Shown one piece after another: positions 37,601 to 52,444 of a stretch of 64,000 nucleotides of DNA (positions within the stretch are counted from its first letter, which is position 1; each line of letters opens with the position of its first letter). The DNA is taken from NCBI RefSeq assembly GCF_000150275.1, contig NW_002060948.1:4042759-4106758 (forward strand), written 5' to 3'. A model generated the notes under the pieces. The model saw only the letters and a program-made list of their open reading frames with translations. It was not told where the DNA came from and did no database searches. The translations under genes were made by a program, and so were the position numbers. Source of the DNA: Trichoplax adhaerens. Its lineage: Eukaryota; Animalia; Placozoa.

Positions 37601-40600
37601 GAATTTAATCTTGATGGCTTACTATTTTTGCTATTTCGTACAGCTTGAAATAACTTTATTAGAGCAGTGAATATCTGTGGCTTAATAACGTCTGGCAGGC
37701 TAACATCTGCTTTTATTGCATGCAGTAAGACTGAAGCCAACTTCTCAATAAACAACTCTGTTGATTTCCCTAAATGACTATAAAATCGGCCATTAGTAAA
37801 TTAATGATGCGAGCTTAGGCTAATTGCTTAAGAAAGATCCAGTTTGTATTCATAATTTCAATATAACAATTTTTTAAATTTTAATATAGTTGTTCGATCA
37901 TTGATCTTACCTAGACCACAAGTTTATCAAAATATCCAGTAAACATGAAAGTTCGTACACAATCGATAGGTATGAGCTGCTGGATTCTCTAGTTAACTAT
38001 CAAAAATAGAATTTATTAATCTTGTGCATAGTCTACATTTAAGTGTTGACTCGAATTTACCTGATAATCTAGGCATTCAATTATTTTATTCAAGGTATCT
38101 AGTTTTGCACTATCGTTGATTTCAATTCCGTCAACCTGTTACAAACGAAATCCATTGACAGTTATACATTAAAAGCAATACAATTTTATAAGATATTGAG
38201 TTATTACTGTAATTATCTTTACAACGGATTAAATTGTGAATCAATTAAAATACCTTCGAAATTATAATAGTGAATGTCCTCCAACATTTCAATAACGTTT
38301 GCAACTGAGACGCCTTATCAACTTCGAAATCATTTAACGTCAACTCTAATTCGCCTTCACACTCTATAGTCGTGTTTGTAAGTAACTAAAGTACACATTA
38401 AGACATTTAATACATGTAGGTTAGATTTACCCGTCCATCTTAAGAACGGTAAAGGTATTGTGATGGATAAGAAGAACGGATTGAGGTACTAACGTTGCCT
38501 GCTATCAATTCCGTGCTTTTCTTAAAGGCGTCAACGAAGATACTTCTAATAGAGGTATCCATTCCAGATAATTTAGAACTTGAGAAAAGAATAATTGAGA
38601 ATAGCGTTGTCAACAATAACAATCTCCTAAATCAGTTAGAATCACAACTGGGAGTTAAAACCTGGGTAAAAGCGATAATTCTATTGCCATGATTTGCAAC
38701 GTATACGCAGATGCTTTAATATGGCAACCAATTTCCTTTACGAGAAGGTAAAGGTAAATATTTAATTATGTGTACTGCATTTACATATATATTTATATTT
38801 GTGCTCCACTTCAAAAAGTGGAACAATATTCATATTGAGCCATTTCAAATCGTTGCGTACTTCATTTGATTGTGTAGGTAACTTCTTCAATAATGCGGCT
38901 AAATACTTCCAAAAATTCGGGCTGGAAAAGAATTTTATAACAGGATTCAACATGTATTTTAAGCACTAAGGCAATATGTAATCAAAATAGCAATAATTTA
39001 ATATCCTTACACGGCCCTCAAAGAATCCAAAGCGAGCACCCGATGATCCTTCCATACGTAATATAGGAGTTCCACGGATGAGCACAACAACTGGTACGAT
39101 GCCGAAGGTTCGCTGCTACCAGACGATTGCGAGGTTTCAGAATGATCACGCAGCAACTGCGTTACGAAACTTAAGCAACTCATATCATTAAACCGAACGC
39201 AACGTATTCCATTACTTTTTATCGTTTCCTAGTCATTAGCATATAGAAAAGTGTTAATTAAGTGAGTGAAATTAATTTATCGTAGTATAAGGTATTTACA
39301 ATTACATTTTCTTCCGGTACTTCCAAATTCATTAGTAATACTACCAATCCGGGTTGTGTTTGCATAATAACAATAAGTACTTCCAATATCGCTTCCTTAA
39401 CTTTCAAGTCCTAACGATTTAAGAACTCTCTTAATTTCGAGTTCGAATTAATTTAAGTTTTTAATGAGAACTACGTTATTACTATACTATTACCGTGTCT
39501 TTCATTCGTAAATGAGAGATGAGAAGATCTCTTAAAGTTTCAGCATCATGTCCCAAATTTGCGTAAATAGACATCGGAACGTTCTTTTATAATAATCATA
39601 ATTAAGAATGTCATCACAGATTACCGTTAAAAATGCAGATATTAGATAATGATATAATTGAACGATCGCAAATTATATAACTATATCTAACCAGACAAAG
39701 ATTCTTAAATAAATTCAGAGCAATTGTTAAGAGTCGCGGGTTCCAGCGGCAAAACAAGTATGAAGACGTTGATAATAACAATCTGTCATGCTCTGCTTTA
39801 TACAAATTACAATAAATGATGGTTACATGAAAATTTAAAGACAACACGAAATTTATAGCGTGTGCACTTATGAAAATCAACTAACCTCCTGGAAATATGC
39901 AAGTGTCCATTTCTTTTTCGTTGCTACCTTCCCTGGTTAAGTTCGAAGATTTAGGGATCTGCGTAATAAAAATCTTAGTAGTTTATAAACTATTTGAGAA
40001 ATTTTATTTATAAAGGTTTTACAAAGGTTGTTGCTAACCGATATTAATTCGTATAGGCGTAAAATAATTTTGAGGGTCGACTTTAAAATTTGAACAGGCA
40101 TAACGTTCCTTTCACTGTATAAAATGTATAAGCATATCTTACATTGTGACCAAATAGTAGAATCTAAGGCATTAACAGAAGATTTTAATACCTGGGTTGA
40201 TAACTACGAACCATGCTAGTGCCGGCAGATAAAATGTTTACCAGTTTAACTAGACAATTATCGCATTTTCGTACAGTTTGAAGAAAATAACTACTTAAAG
40301 TCGTTAAATTATTAAAAATTGATGATTTCATTTCAAGATCAGAGTGGAGAGCAATTTCAATAATTTCCAGGCATAACAAACCTATCCAGCAATTCAAATA
40401 ATGGTTTGAGATGTTACATTTTTGTTCAGTACTACAACGTCATAAATTATTTGCCTATCACTTAATCGGACAAAAGGTTACCAATTTGTTCTTGCTCCCT
40501 CGGATCGCTGAAATTCCAACGATGTAAATCCGTAAAAATATGAATTACTACAAAATTAATTGTGGCTAATAAATCGGTTTGGAAATTGAATGTGTGATCT

Positions 40601-43600
40601 TTTAGATTGCTATTTCCCAGTGTCTTATACTGATCGTGAATTGATAACAAAGAATCTCGAACAAGGGTTAAGAAGTTTAAAGTCATTGAATAATATCTCG
40701 CTCGCTTTTCATATGCTAGTATTATTGAACCAATACTTCCACCATCAAGACTGTAAATAAGATAATTATTTTGGTATAATTACCAAGGTGTTAAGAAATA
40801 TTGTAAAATAAGGAGAAGAATGTCTATACCTAAACGGATCATTATAAATATCACTTGTAGAGTAAGGCAAAAATCTTGTATGAATTAAATCCTCAAAAGC
40901 CTACATAATTAGGAACAAAGTTAGAATTCAGCGTATGTAGTTAACTGCATCAGTTGATTAATTATAAAATTAATGAAAGGCTTTTACAGAGCTTAGAACT
41001 AATGAAAATTTTTCGTGAAATAGTTACCTGTAGCGGCTCGTGCTTTATTGTGGTAACAATGCAACTTATACACTCCGTGATTAAATCAGATGCTGGCCAA
41101 GGCTTAAAGTAATGGCAACGTTCAAGGAATATGTAAGCCCGTGAAATAAATGATGATAAAGCACCAATTAATTCCCAGTTACTATCTAGAATAGATCGTA
41201 CGAGCTTGATAATCTTCTTAACATAGTCGATTATGGGTAACTTGCTAATAGCGATACCTACGTTTTTTAATATAGGAATGGAGAGCATGCATATTATTGA
41301 TCATTTGATAACATATATATACGACGTAGAGATACATCACAAGACATACTTGGATCTTGTAACTGGCTCAAGCATATATCTATCTCAAGAATAAAAAGCT
41401 TCCATGTTGAGTATTCAACTGTCCAAGAAATCGCTGGTTCACCTTTATAAATATGCATCAGTTATTAAATTAATGTCAATAGTAACGTTGAAACAGATAT
41501 TATTCCTGTATTACAATAAATTGTAGCTTGCTACGCTTGTCTGCACGGTAAATAAAAAATATTTTACTGCATGTTTAATCGGTATAACAACAAGCAACCT
41601 TGTAGCATAGTTTTGCCGATAGTTCCCTTCGATATCTTGAAATTAAAAGGATGTTCTATTGCTATGACACAAATAATGTATTTTACTTAAAATGTAGAAA
41701 AATATAGCAGACTTCTAACACTATTAGGCTTTTTGTGAGCCATATAGCATACAATAGCACTAACCTTGAGGGTAGATGAACTTATCTTCTAATAGTTTCC
41801 AAATCGTGCCATCATCAGAAATACACTGAATCTGCCCTGAGCGCGTATCAGAAAGGACCTCGGCATACGTAGTTGCATGTTCCAGTATGGCGTATACCTT
41901 GTCAATTAATTTATATGTAACTGTCTTAGAACCTATTCGTGTAGCCAGGGAAGGTTAAGCGTTATAGTCACAAATAACGAAATTACCTCATTGGCGTTAT
42001 TACCACTAGTTTTTGCAATCTTGGATAGCATATCAAAAAACAGCTCGTGATCGAACGGGAATCTAATACAAAAAATGAATACGCCATTTATATCGGGGTA
42101 AGATTACTATAATAGAATATATTATTATTTGCTAGTCGAACCGGTTCCGTAGTGAAAACAGTAGTAAGGCCATAGTATTTCTCCTTCCCTGTAAAAATTG
42201 TCTAGTTAAAATTTGCAAACGTTTAAACATTACATTCTATTTGGGTATACCGGTTTGTAAAGGCTCCATGATATCTTGTCCGTAATACAGCATATCAATA
42301 ATCTAATTATTGTCTAATAACAAACATATTCATGACAATTATAATCATTAGTTAAAGGATCTCTTGATTAAATAACTTAAAAAGCCACCTAAATATGTTT
42401 TAAAATATGTTGTTACAATTACCTCCGTATCACCAAAAGTATCATTATTGAAGACCATAGCAGACGAAGAGACTAAATCATACACAATTGATTTCCATAC
42501 GAAATCCTACAAAGTTGGGTTTTAGGGCAAATGGTTAATTTTATTCCATGTATGACAAAAAATTTATAAATGTTAAATTTTTAATATTACAACCTCAATA
42601 AACCAGTCACTTTTAACGATATTTCCAAGGAAGCCAAAAACGTCAGCTTTTTGTGCTCTTTTGTTATAGAGCTCGATGGTCTAAAGAAAATGTTTCTGAA
42701 TTACTGTGTAAAAAGCAACTACTGGGTGCTAACCATAAAATATCCTCAATATCAAAGCATACGTATATTTAACGTACGAATACGGCTATATAATATAATT
42801 TAATTTTACGCATTACGAAAATTACATTTTGGGGAGTTGGATCGTTATCGTCAACACAACACTTCGTAACCCAAGCAAGTATGATCGGGCAGACTGGAAT
42901 CTGATTTCCCAATTCTTGAAACATGTTTTCTAGTTCCTACAGCAACAACCGTGTATTTGAGATTACTGGACATAGCGAATATTAAGACGTCGTGGATTAA
43001 CATTAATTAATTGATGTATGATAGAGTCTACAAGTGTAGGGAATATATTACCTTGGACATATTCACATCCCCTAAAGGTCCAACGAGCCTACAGTTATAA
43101 TGTTATATCATGATTTATAAAGTTAAAACTGTTACAAAATTTAAGAAGGAAATAAAGGTATAAAACGAAATTCGTTGTATAAAGATATCCATGCCATTAT
43201 TAAGAATTAAAAATACCTTGAAATTGTGCCATCACAGTACTCACGAAGGCATCTTATACCTAGCATTCTTAGTAGAATTAAACCTGAAGCGTAACTAAGA
43301 GAAGTAGATCCACATGTGTTAGCTTAACTAACTCATATTTTTGCATTATTACAGGATAAAAGAGACAATTTGTTTAAAAATAGATTTTATTTTTAATTAC
43401 CATATTTTGTCTTGCCGAAAGCAGGCATCGTTATTATAATCTATGAAAAATCGATATGGCAAATGCGTTCCAAATTTTGTAACCTAAATATGAATTTGAT
43501 GTTACATAAGTATTTTGGGTGTAAAATAGATCATTTTTATAATGTCCATTATTACAGACCTTTAAAGCATCGATAAACTGCTTAACTGTGACATCGGAAG

Positions 43601-45756
43601 GGCACTCTGCATCAAAGTGATAGGCCATAACGTCCAGTAATACATTCTGTTTAAGGACATGAAATTTTAAAGTGATATTATCTTCCTAATTACTAACTTT
43701 ACGGGTAATTTTTCAAAGATAATGTAAAATATAGGCTGTCATACCAGTTCGTTTATGTACTGTAGTGCCCATTTAGATGACCACTCTTTGATCTATATTT
43801 AATTACAAGCCGAAAATATGTGATTCGATTGTTTAACATTTAATAGCATAACTTTACGATTTCGAAACTATAATCCAATACGCGTATAACTCGTTTTACC
43901 ATCAGCTTCCCGTTTGCTTCTAGTGTTGGGACGTCGGCTTTAGACAGGAATGAGAATTGTTCTACGAGCTATTATTGTTATGAAAAATAAATTTTCATCA
44001 CCTTAGTGCAATTTGAGTATTTACAATATCTTAGAGGCGAAAGCTATTAAACTAGGGAAAATAACCTGCTTCTCTACATTTCCAGCTTTCAGTTCAAGGC
44101 AAAAATTTCGATAGAATTGCTAAAATGAAATAATTATTGGGCGATATCTAATGTTATCTTTGTTCAAATTTTAATTACTATTTCTATTCCAACGATGATA
44201 ATATAGATGCTTTAATGTACAACCTCAGAATTGTTTCCTCCTTTGCGAGTAGCTGATATCATTATACACTTTAACGCTCTGAGGATGTAAAGTCTTTCAT
44301 CCATATAATATTGCATAACCTGCACAATTGTTGTAAGCAATGACGGTGGTAAGAATATGGAAGTTATTTTGACGTAGAACTAAAATTTACTCTGCTTTTA
44401 CATTGACAGCGAATTCATCTCTCTTAGTTTCATCTTCAAGAATTGCCTAATATTTCAAGAATTAAGAAATAATCAAGTACATTGTCATCATTCTTAATGT
44501 TACTGCGTGCAATTATACGGTTTGTAATAGTTTAAAATGGTAATCAGCAAGTTTGTTTGATTATATGATTACTATATAAGGAACTTTTGCAAAAATAACG
44601 CATGAAGGCTGATTTACTTCATGACCAACCTTAATATTACTTCTTTTTCCATCATAAGCGTTTAAAATGTAGCTTAAGGTTAGGATTAAGCTATTCCTTT
44701 CACTACAACTCTAGCATAACGGAAATATATATGAATGGATTACATACACGATTGGTAATTTTAATGAGATGTAGAAGTATTCCGCTTTTTTTCATACTGT
44801 CAGTGTTAAAGAATTGTATTTAAAAAAATAGTGATATCTATCTCACCAATAAGGAGCTGACAGTTTTGACGAGAGCTTGTAAATCTTTATTCTCTTTCTT
44901 GTAGTTGATACTTTTGGCATTTACGCTGCGAAGGTATTATAGTAAATTATTCTTGTTTCAATATTCATGATACAGCAATATAATTACTGATAATAAATTG
45001 ATAATTGGCTTAAGCTATCATCTACAGATAGCATTTAGGCTATTTTGATTAGCTAGTAGAGAAGTCATCAACCTCGATATATTGATATACTTCACACCAA
45101 GTAGCAATCGAGCCTTGTACGCATTCAGCTCTTGTTTCTAAAGGTGTTAAAAATGGAAAGATTATTCGCATTTTTAAAAGTAAAGAATATTGCATACAAC
45201 GTAGAGCTCTTTTAGGCCCAAAAATAGGAAAGATGCCTTGTGAGTTAAAAGTTGCACTTTAAGCATATATACTATCTGAAATTTCATCATAACAGTTATA
45301 CTCGTATCAAGCAGCATTTGATGACGTTACTGTAGAAATTAATTAAAGTACTATATAGCATATCACAGTTAGAAGGATAAATTAGGAGTTAGGCTATACA
45401 CTGGAAAGAATCAGTCATTCAATGAAAGTGCCATTTAACCATTTTAAAAGACAGTAGTCCATCCAAGCAATACAGTATACACTAGACGATGCTATTCCAA
45501 TAAGGTGAAAACGATTGACTCACCTGATCAATGATAGCCTGACTTTGCTCACTGACGAGCAGCCATAAATTGCGATTGCATCTAAGAGATGATTGATAAT
45601 CAATTACAATTAAATCTGTTAAGGATATGAAGAAGAATGCTCTAAAATTGGTTAAAGAATCGATTGCAATTACAGTTGTGCTTCAGTCAGCCAATTTTGG
45701 CTATTATCTAACAAACTTTCCACATCGAACCCTGTTAATGCTTGTGATACCGCCAT
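34670..45756 (-). CDS. NUP188: Nucleoporin NUP188 (many short exons)
   Basis: Spliced N-terminus MAVSQALTG|CNRNLWLLVSEQ.. then KQELNAYKARLLLGVKY, YMDERLYILRALK and PTLEANGKLM parallel human NUP188 segments (RELWTILLG, AELNKHWRRLLEGLSY, YYEERTCILR, PTWETHGNLM). Last exon LNGVSRYFTRGGSHSSP resembles LSSLSRYFRRGAPSSP. Internal exons are not all resolved. Confidence 0.85.
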
Positions 45757-46318
45757 TTTATTTGGATCCAGGTTGATGGAGTGCGCATGGGTACTCTCAG
45801 CTGCCCACTACAGTATAACCAGTGTTTACTACCGCTAGTGACACTGAGCGCACGATACCATCCGTCTACAGCACAGTACCGTGGTGTTAAGCATACGGAC
45901 TCTTAATAATTTTTGTAGTCCGATATTACAGTATGGATTTAGCTTGGCCGGTGTGTACCCGGTGAACATGGACGTTGGTATATTTCAATGGTTCAAGTAC
46001 TGTAAGATCAGTATTTCTCATTGCATGTACCAGTGAGTGATAGTTTGTATTAAAGTTGGAAAATTTTCAAGAAATAAAATTACTCAATGCAGTACTGCAA
46101 TAAATAGTGCTAGAAAACATCAAGAGCCAAATCAGCCAATATTGGCAATAGCTCAAGGTTGTACAGATCTATCTGCGTAGAATTTGAGCCACATTGAAAT
46201 TGTATTTCCTTTTAGAGACATCATTTAAAGGCAACACCCTAGCTGAACAAATCAGAAAATGTTCAGCTACAGTATTGCCTTCAATTATGATTATTGTTCA
46301 GTCAACATCTTTCAATCA

Positions 46319-46746
46319 TACTGTAGTGTATTATACTGTATCAACGTCCATTTTATTTTACTTATTTTAGACCTTCTATCTACGCGCACACTGTCTCGCA
46401 ACAGGGACTTCTCAACGATTTTTCTTCTCCAATAAAACGAGACGGGGAAAAGAATCGTGGAGTAGTCTCTTGCTCGTAGCCTTGCCATTACAGTACATCG
46501 ATGACTAATTACAGTACAGTACATTCACATTCAGTACTGCTTTACAGTACTGTGCACTGTACAGTACAGTACACATTACTTAATCACCATGGTAATTTAG
46601 TAGGCCATGCTGCAGTCATCGACTACTACAGTATTGTGACCGGTGCCGGTAGAGTCAGTGCACTGAGTTTTGCGAGTGTCAGAACTCGCCTGAGTTACTG
46701 TACAGTACAACTGTCCATACAGTAACTCGGGCGAGTTCAGTACAGT
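46319..46746. promoter_or_regulatory. (CAGTA/TACTG)n motif cluster in the NUP188/FUT head-to-head interval
   Basis: Dense TACAGTAC/GTACTGTA variants between the divergent starts at 45756 and 46881. Confidence 0.5.
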
Positions 46747-46880
46747 AGTCGAAAACGATTTGAGCAAAAAGTTCCAACTACTTGAAACAACTTTATATCT
46801 ATAGTGATTGATTGTTGGACTAGGAATTTATATTCCTGAGAAGAGAATAAATTCAGGTACACTGCTCTGGGTAAGTCAAG

Positions 46881-48155
46881 ATGGCGATGACATGGTGGAA
46901 AGTGCCCTTGATAATATGTAGTATACTTGTGTTAGGTATATTCATAAGCTGGAGTATTTTCAGTAAAACGGATAATTATAATCTGGAATATTTTGGGCTA
47001 TCCAGGAAAATTGCAACCACAAGTAGCTACAAATCTGTATCGGCAAATATGACAGCGGGAAAGCCTCAAAATGCCACTAAGATGAAGCTGAAAGCGAGGA
47101 AAACCCCCCCACCTCCTACATGTCGTAAAAAACCGGTTATTTTATTATGGACTGGATGGTTTGGTGGAGATTGGGCGGTATCTCAAGGTAACGTGAAGTG
47201 TGGTAATATGCAGTGTGAAATAACTTCAAATCATGGTCGATATAAGAGTAGTGACGCACTGATATTTCACGGTGTTAGTCCTCAAGTAAGGAACCCGCAT
47301 TATTATCCATCAAAAAGTAGTCGGCCGCCTAAGCAGTTATGGGTTTTTCGCACTATGGAAAATCCCAACATTGCAGAGAGACTAGGATGCAAATTATCAT
47401 CATTCCATAATAACCGATTTCATGCAACAATGAGTTATACACGTCAAGCCGATGTCAGATTATGCTATGGTAAAGTGTTAAAAGAACCCCATGATGCTAC
47501 TAACCACAATAGAAATTATGCTGCCGGTAAAACTAAATTTGCTGCTTGGGTATCAAGTCAATGCTATCCTGGCCGTACTAGTTTTGTCAAAGATTTAAGT
47601 AAGTATATATCTATTGATAAGTTCGGACGGTGTGGTAACCAACGTTGTGCAAAGGATGGATCGTGTATGAAAAGAATTGGATTACAATACAAATTTTATT
47701 TAAGCTTTGAAAACTTCATTTGTAGAGATTATGTAACAGAAAAATATTATCGAAATGCGATCGATAATAATTTAATCCCGATTGTAGTCGGTGGAGCAAA
47801 TTATAGCGATGATGGGATTGTGCCGCCTCATTCCTACATCAATGCACAAGATTTCAGTACTGTTGAAGAACTAGCGAACTACTTGAAAAAAGTTGCCGCT
47901 AACGATACCTTATACAATAGCTACTTCAAATGGAAAGATTCTTATAAGATCCTTAGTCCATGTTCTGCTACCCAATCTTTTTGTGAATTGTGCCATAAGT
48001 TATGCGATGATAAATGGGTTACTGAGAAATCAAAGAAAACAATTCCTGATCTAACTTATAAATGGGGTGTTCACCGTGATAACTGTGTTAATTATCCTGA
48101 CATTTTCCACAAGGGCAGTGACGGTAAAATTACTATTCATCCAAGAGTTTACTAA
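46881..48155 (+). CDS. Alpha-1,3-fucosyltransferase (GT10), type II membrane protein, intronless CDS
   Basis: 424-aa ORF with N-terminal TM helix, ILLWT, SDALIFH, TMENP, TMSYTRQADV, the alpha-1,3 motif YKFYLSFENFICRDYVTEK, IPIVVG, PPHSYI, LYNSYFKWK and FCELC. Confidence 0.95.
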   Translation: MAMTWWKVPLIICSILVLGIFISWSIFSKTDNYNLEYFGLSRKIATTSSYKSVSANMTAGKPQNATKMKLKARKTPPPPTCRKKPVILLWTGWFGGDWAVSQGNVKCGNMQCEITSNHGRYKSSDALIFHGVSPQVRNPHYYPSKSSRPPKQLWVFRTMENPNIAERLGCKLSSFHNNRFHATMSYTRQADVRLCYGKVLKEPHDATNHNRNYAAGKTKFAAWVSSQCYPGRTSFVKDLSKYISIDKFGRCGNQRCAKDGSCMKRIGLQYKFYLSFENFICRDYVTEKYYRNAIDNNLIPIVVGGANYSDDGIVPPHSYINAQDFSTVEELANYLKKVAANDTLYNSYFKWKDSYKILSPCSATQSFCELCHKLCDDKWVTEKSKKTIPDLTYKWGVHRDNCVNYPDIFHKGSDGKITIHPRVY

Positions 48156-51100
48156 GATAAAAATTAAATACTGTTTTCATTGGCGAAATCCATTTGTACA
48201 ACGTCATGTACTGTAGGGTTTTGGAATATATGATATCAATCACTAGATATTGTCCATTTTATGTATTAAAGCACTATTAGCAAATTAAAGCGGCTGCGAT
48301 GCACTGTTAAAAACTCCATGAACGAAGAACTCCGTCTTCTGCTAGTTTGCACGTATGCACGTATAACGACTATGAAGATAGCAACTGTAATGCGGTACAC
48401 CACGGCAATTTGTAACAATGTCTGATATTATATTGCCAAAACCGCTAGATCGTGATCAAGTGTACAAATATATACGTACTGTCAAATATTATTATAATTT
48501 ATCAGAAGATGTTATGGACTCACTCAGTGACCAGTATACCGTATTACTGTATAATTTTTAAGCTACATAACAAGGTTGCAAATGATAGTTGTAACTTAAT
48601 TCTATTATATGGATTGAAGCTTTGTAAGTGATTGGGTAATAGAACGTGTTATAAAGGTAGTAGTTTGATGTATTGGTATCTCAAATGACAGTCTATCATT
48701 GGTTATTACTAATTAATATTCGTATTTATTGCAATAGAATTTTTATGCCTGAGTCATCAAGCGATGATTACGTTTTTATAGCTATGATATTTAAAGGATT
48801 AGAATGTCCTTATACTGCATTATAACGAATGAATGTTAGCGCTTTGAATCTAAAAATGGCTAATGCAATTTTATTTACTTTTTATGACTGAAGGTAAAAA
48901 ATGTCGAAATCTTATCAATACACTATTTATTTTGTCTCGGTACTCTCTCTAATTCTTGTATAGAGACATAACAATTCTGACTTTTTTTATAACATAAACC
49001 AAATAGCTTTACAACTATAGTGATACGTATTTATCAACTGGTTCGTTTTGGCATGGACTACTAAATACATCCCTGGGATGTATCTAGTAGTCCGTAGTTT
49101 TAGATAGGATATACGAGCTACTTTATCTCTCGAAAAATCTATTAAGCTAGTGAGCTTTTTTGGTTTAATCGGATAAAATGTATGAAATGATACTTAATGC
49201 AAGGCGGTTAAAAGATTTCTATTTCAATACTGCAATGTTTATATAATAACGATATCGAAGAGCTCAGTATGGAGGTTAAAAACAATACCAGAGTAGGCTA
49301 CAAATTCAAAGTTATTTCTTCGGTATTGACACTTTTTGAAAATAATATGCGAATAGTTGTAGAATGTACAGCACCTATTTACTGTTTCGATTTTATCTTT
49401 CTACTGAATTGATCAATAGCGATAAGTACCATAATAATTAATCACAGTTATATACCTCTATTTTGCATGTTCTTGAAACTACAGTATATTTATGAACCGC
49501 AAATAACGATAATACCCACATGTTTGCACTGCAATAATCATTTGAATGGGCAGTCTACTAGTATTGTTTTATTACTATATAATCACCAACATCTGTTGGA
49601 GTTATTATGTTCTGTAATTGAGCAAGTTGAAAGTTATTTACAAAACTAGATTTTCGATGAGGTAGGTGTTGACAATAATTGTTGGAACAGTTTTATGCCT
49701 AGGTAAGTTCATTCTTTTGTACTTTAGTTCAGTCATTGTCAGATGATTGATTTCATAAATTTTTCTTGACATCGAAAAGCTAAAATGTTACATATATATG
49801 CCAGACAGTAAAGTAGTAAGTTAACGTGATTGCGTACTCTGTTAGCTGTACGTAAAAAGTGACTATACTATAAATATCGAATATCAAAGTCATACATTCA
49901 TACTGGATATACACTAATTAATGATAGTTCAACAGTTTTTGCATTAACGCATCCTCCATTATTAAGAGTGATTAATTACTCCAACAGATACTTCAGTATT
50001 AGTTCATCATAATTTTTATTTTGCCGTGTCATATGTATCTACTATAGCCAGAAATATCGTACAATTTGTATAAAGCGACAATACAACGATAGGTACCTTA
50101 AGTTAAACAGTACCGGTCAACAGACAAAATATAATATACAATTATACATGCACAGAAACAGTTTTGAAATTAAATTCAGAAAAGAAATTTTATAATAGAA
50201 TCAACCAGTAAGTACTGTAAATGTTTATATGTCATTTGTATAGAAGGATCACTATGAAAGAGACAAAATTAATCTAATTCTTTAGTAATTTAATTGCAGT
50301 TTACAAAAATAGAAACCATCGTAAATTGTATTAGTAGAATAATTCGATGTAGTAAAGAAGTTTTGCATAGGTATTCTAACCCCCAAAAATTAATAAAATA
50401 ATGTTCAAAATTGCTTTGTGTACAGTATATTCATATGTAAATGAAACATAGGAGACGTTAACATCACAAAATAAAAATTAGTACTACAGTATTGTATATT
50501 AGTAGAAATGTCACAGTCTGAGAAATTGAAAATTACTCCTGTGCTAAGTATTGTTCCATGTCAATAGTAAGGAACATTTCATCTAGTGAAAGACTTCAGG
50601 CGGTATCACTATACCGTATAAACTGTATAGGGAAGATCCCTAGGCTAACAGGCACTTTTAAGCAAAGTAGAAAGAGCTTATTCGAAGATAATACTGTATC
50701 ATATTTCTTTTTTTGATTCAATATTCCCGCACACCAGTGTGATATTACTAATACATACAAATTTTAGAAGACCAATCTTTCAAATAGGCATTACTGTATC
50801 TTTGAAAGCAAGCATGGACTGTGTGATTAGCGACTAGTGATGTGATGAACGATGAATGGCTTTACAATGTCGGCCTACAAAAGATTACACTTTTTTCGAT
50901 CAATGCTAATGATATGTATCAACTTAATTGGTTAATAAAGTCAGTTTCAATCCTCTATTTTATTAGCCGATATTTGACTATTAATGTATCTGCCGTATAA
51001 TCCGCACGTTATACATACGTATTGTCTTCATATTATGTAATTATTAACCAGGACTGAATTACAGCATTGCACTATTAGTGAGAGTTGTCAAATTCTGGTT

Positions 51101-51223
51101 AGGTTTATTGAATCCCTAATTGCTACCTTCTTAAATTTACCGTTGTCAACGCTTATCGATATCAAAATACACAGTTTCAATTCATTTCGCCATTTCTTAA
51201 AAATTGACAGCTTACTTTTGTAC

Positions 51224-52444
51224 TTAGTTGAAAGAATACGAGCGGATATCAATTTGTCCAGTGGTTTGATTCTTGACGAAGACATTATTGTAATCAATAC
51301 AATTCTTTTCGTTTGTACCCCATTTATGAGTGAGATCTGGAATTCTTCTCATTTTACTAGTAACCCACTTATCATCGTAGAGCTTGCGGCATAGGTTACA
51401 TAAACTAGAACTATGATCACAACTCTTTAAGTCGGTTCGGTAAGAAGCCTTCCATTTAAAATAGCTGTTATACAATGTGGCATTGCTGCCAACTCTTTTA
51501 ATATGATCAGCTAGCTGTTGCATAGTAGTGAAATCTTGAACATTGATATAAGAACCTGGTGGCGCTACGGTTGGATCACTATAATTCGCCCCTCCGACCA
51601 CGATGGGTATCATATTGTGTTGATATGCGTTAAAATACAATTTTTCAGTCACATAATCTCTGCAAATAAAATTTTCGAGGCTTAAGTAGAATTTGTATTT
51701 CCGCGATAATTTTAGCCAACATGCACCGCTCTTAGAGCAAGTTAAGTTACCACATTTGCCGTACAAATCGATAGGTACCAACCTTGCTAAATTATGCAAA
51801 AAGTCTAACCGACCTTTATAGCATCCACTGCCGACCCAAGCGATCATTTTTGTTTTGCCTTTAAAATAATCATGATTTACTTGTAAATCAGTGTAATTTT
51901 GAACCACTCTGCCATAACATCTTCGAAGATCAGCTTGACGAGTGTAAGTGATCATTATATTGAATAGATTATCGAGAAAGGATTTTATGTCGACTAGTAT
52001 AGATGGCCCTCGGGTGACATATGGATTTTCCATGGTTTGGAAAGCCCATAATTGCCTAGCTGGCCTTTTTTCGATTGGTATCACGTCTGGGCTATTCATC
52101 GATCCGTCAGCCCCATGAAATAACAACGCATCGCTCACTTGGTATAAACTTTTGTTGTTGGTAAATTGGCATTGATATTGACCGCAATCCAATAAACCAT
52201 AAGGCGTTGGCCAATCGACTCGAAACCATGTCGTCCAAGTTAATATTATCTTACCAGTATGAAGTGTGGCTTTGGTTGTGTTGTCTTTTTTACCGGCTAG
52301 ATAAGGATTAATAATGTTCAATGGATTTCGTTCCTGGTAACCAAGAATGACCAATACGATGATCGTCCATGCAAGGAGTATCGAAAATACAAGTCCTACA
52401 TACCTCAATTTCTGAGACATTACTGGCATCATTGCTATCAGCAT
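51224..52444 (-). CDS. Alpha-1,3-fucosyltransferase (GT10) paralog, intronless CDS
   Basis: 406-aa ORF with TM helix, SDALLFH, TMENP, TYTRQADL, YKFYLSLENFICRDYVTEK, IPIVVGGANYSD, LYNSYFKWK and LCNLC. Confidence 0.95.
   Translation of the reverse strand: MLIAMMPVMSQKLRYVGLVFSILLAWTIIVLVILGYQERNPLNIINPYLAGKKDNTTKATLHTGKIILTWTTWFRVDWPTPYGLLDCGQYQCQFTNNKSLYQVSDALLFHGADGSMNSPDVIPIEKRPARQLWAFQTMENPYVTRGPSILVDIKSFLDNLFNIMITYTRQADLRRCYGRVVQNYTDLQVNHDYFKGKTKMIAWVGSGCYKGRLDFLHNLARLVPIDLYGKCGNLTCSKSGACWLKLSRKYKFYLSLENFICRDYVTEKLYFNAYQHNMIPIVVGGANYSDPTVAPPGSYINVQDFTTMQQLADHIKRVGSNATLYNSYFKWKASYRTDLKSCDHSSSLCNLCRKLYDDKWVTSKMRRIPDLTHKWGTNEKNCIDYNNVFVKNQTTGQIDIRSYSFN

Noticed and set aside
45582-45730. U12-like branch site TCCTTAAC (45618-45625, minus strand) in NUP188 intron 1
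   Set aside because: The donor is GTTCGA rather than GTATCCTT and the site is ~37 nt from the AG; at most a relic.
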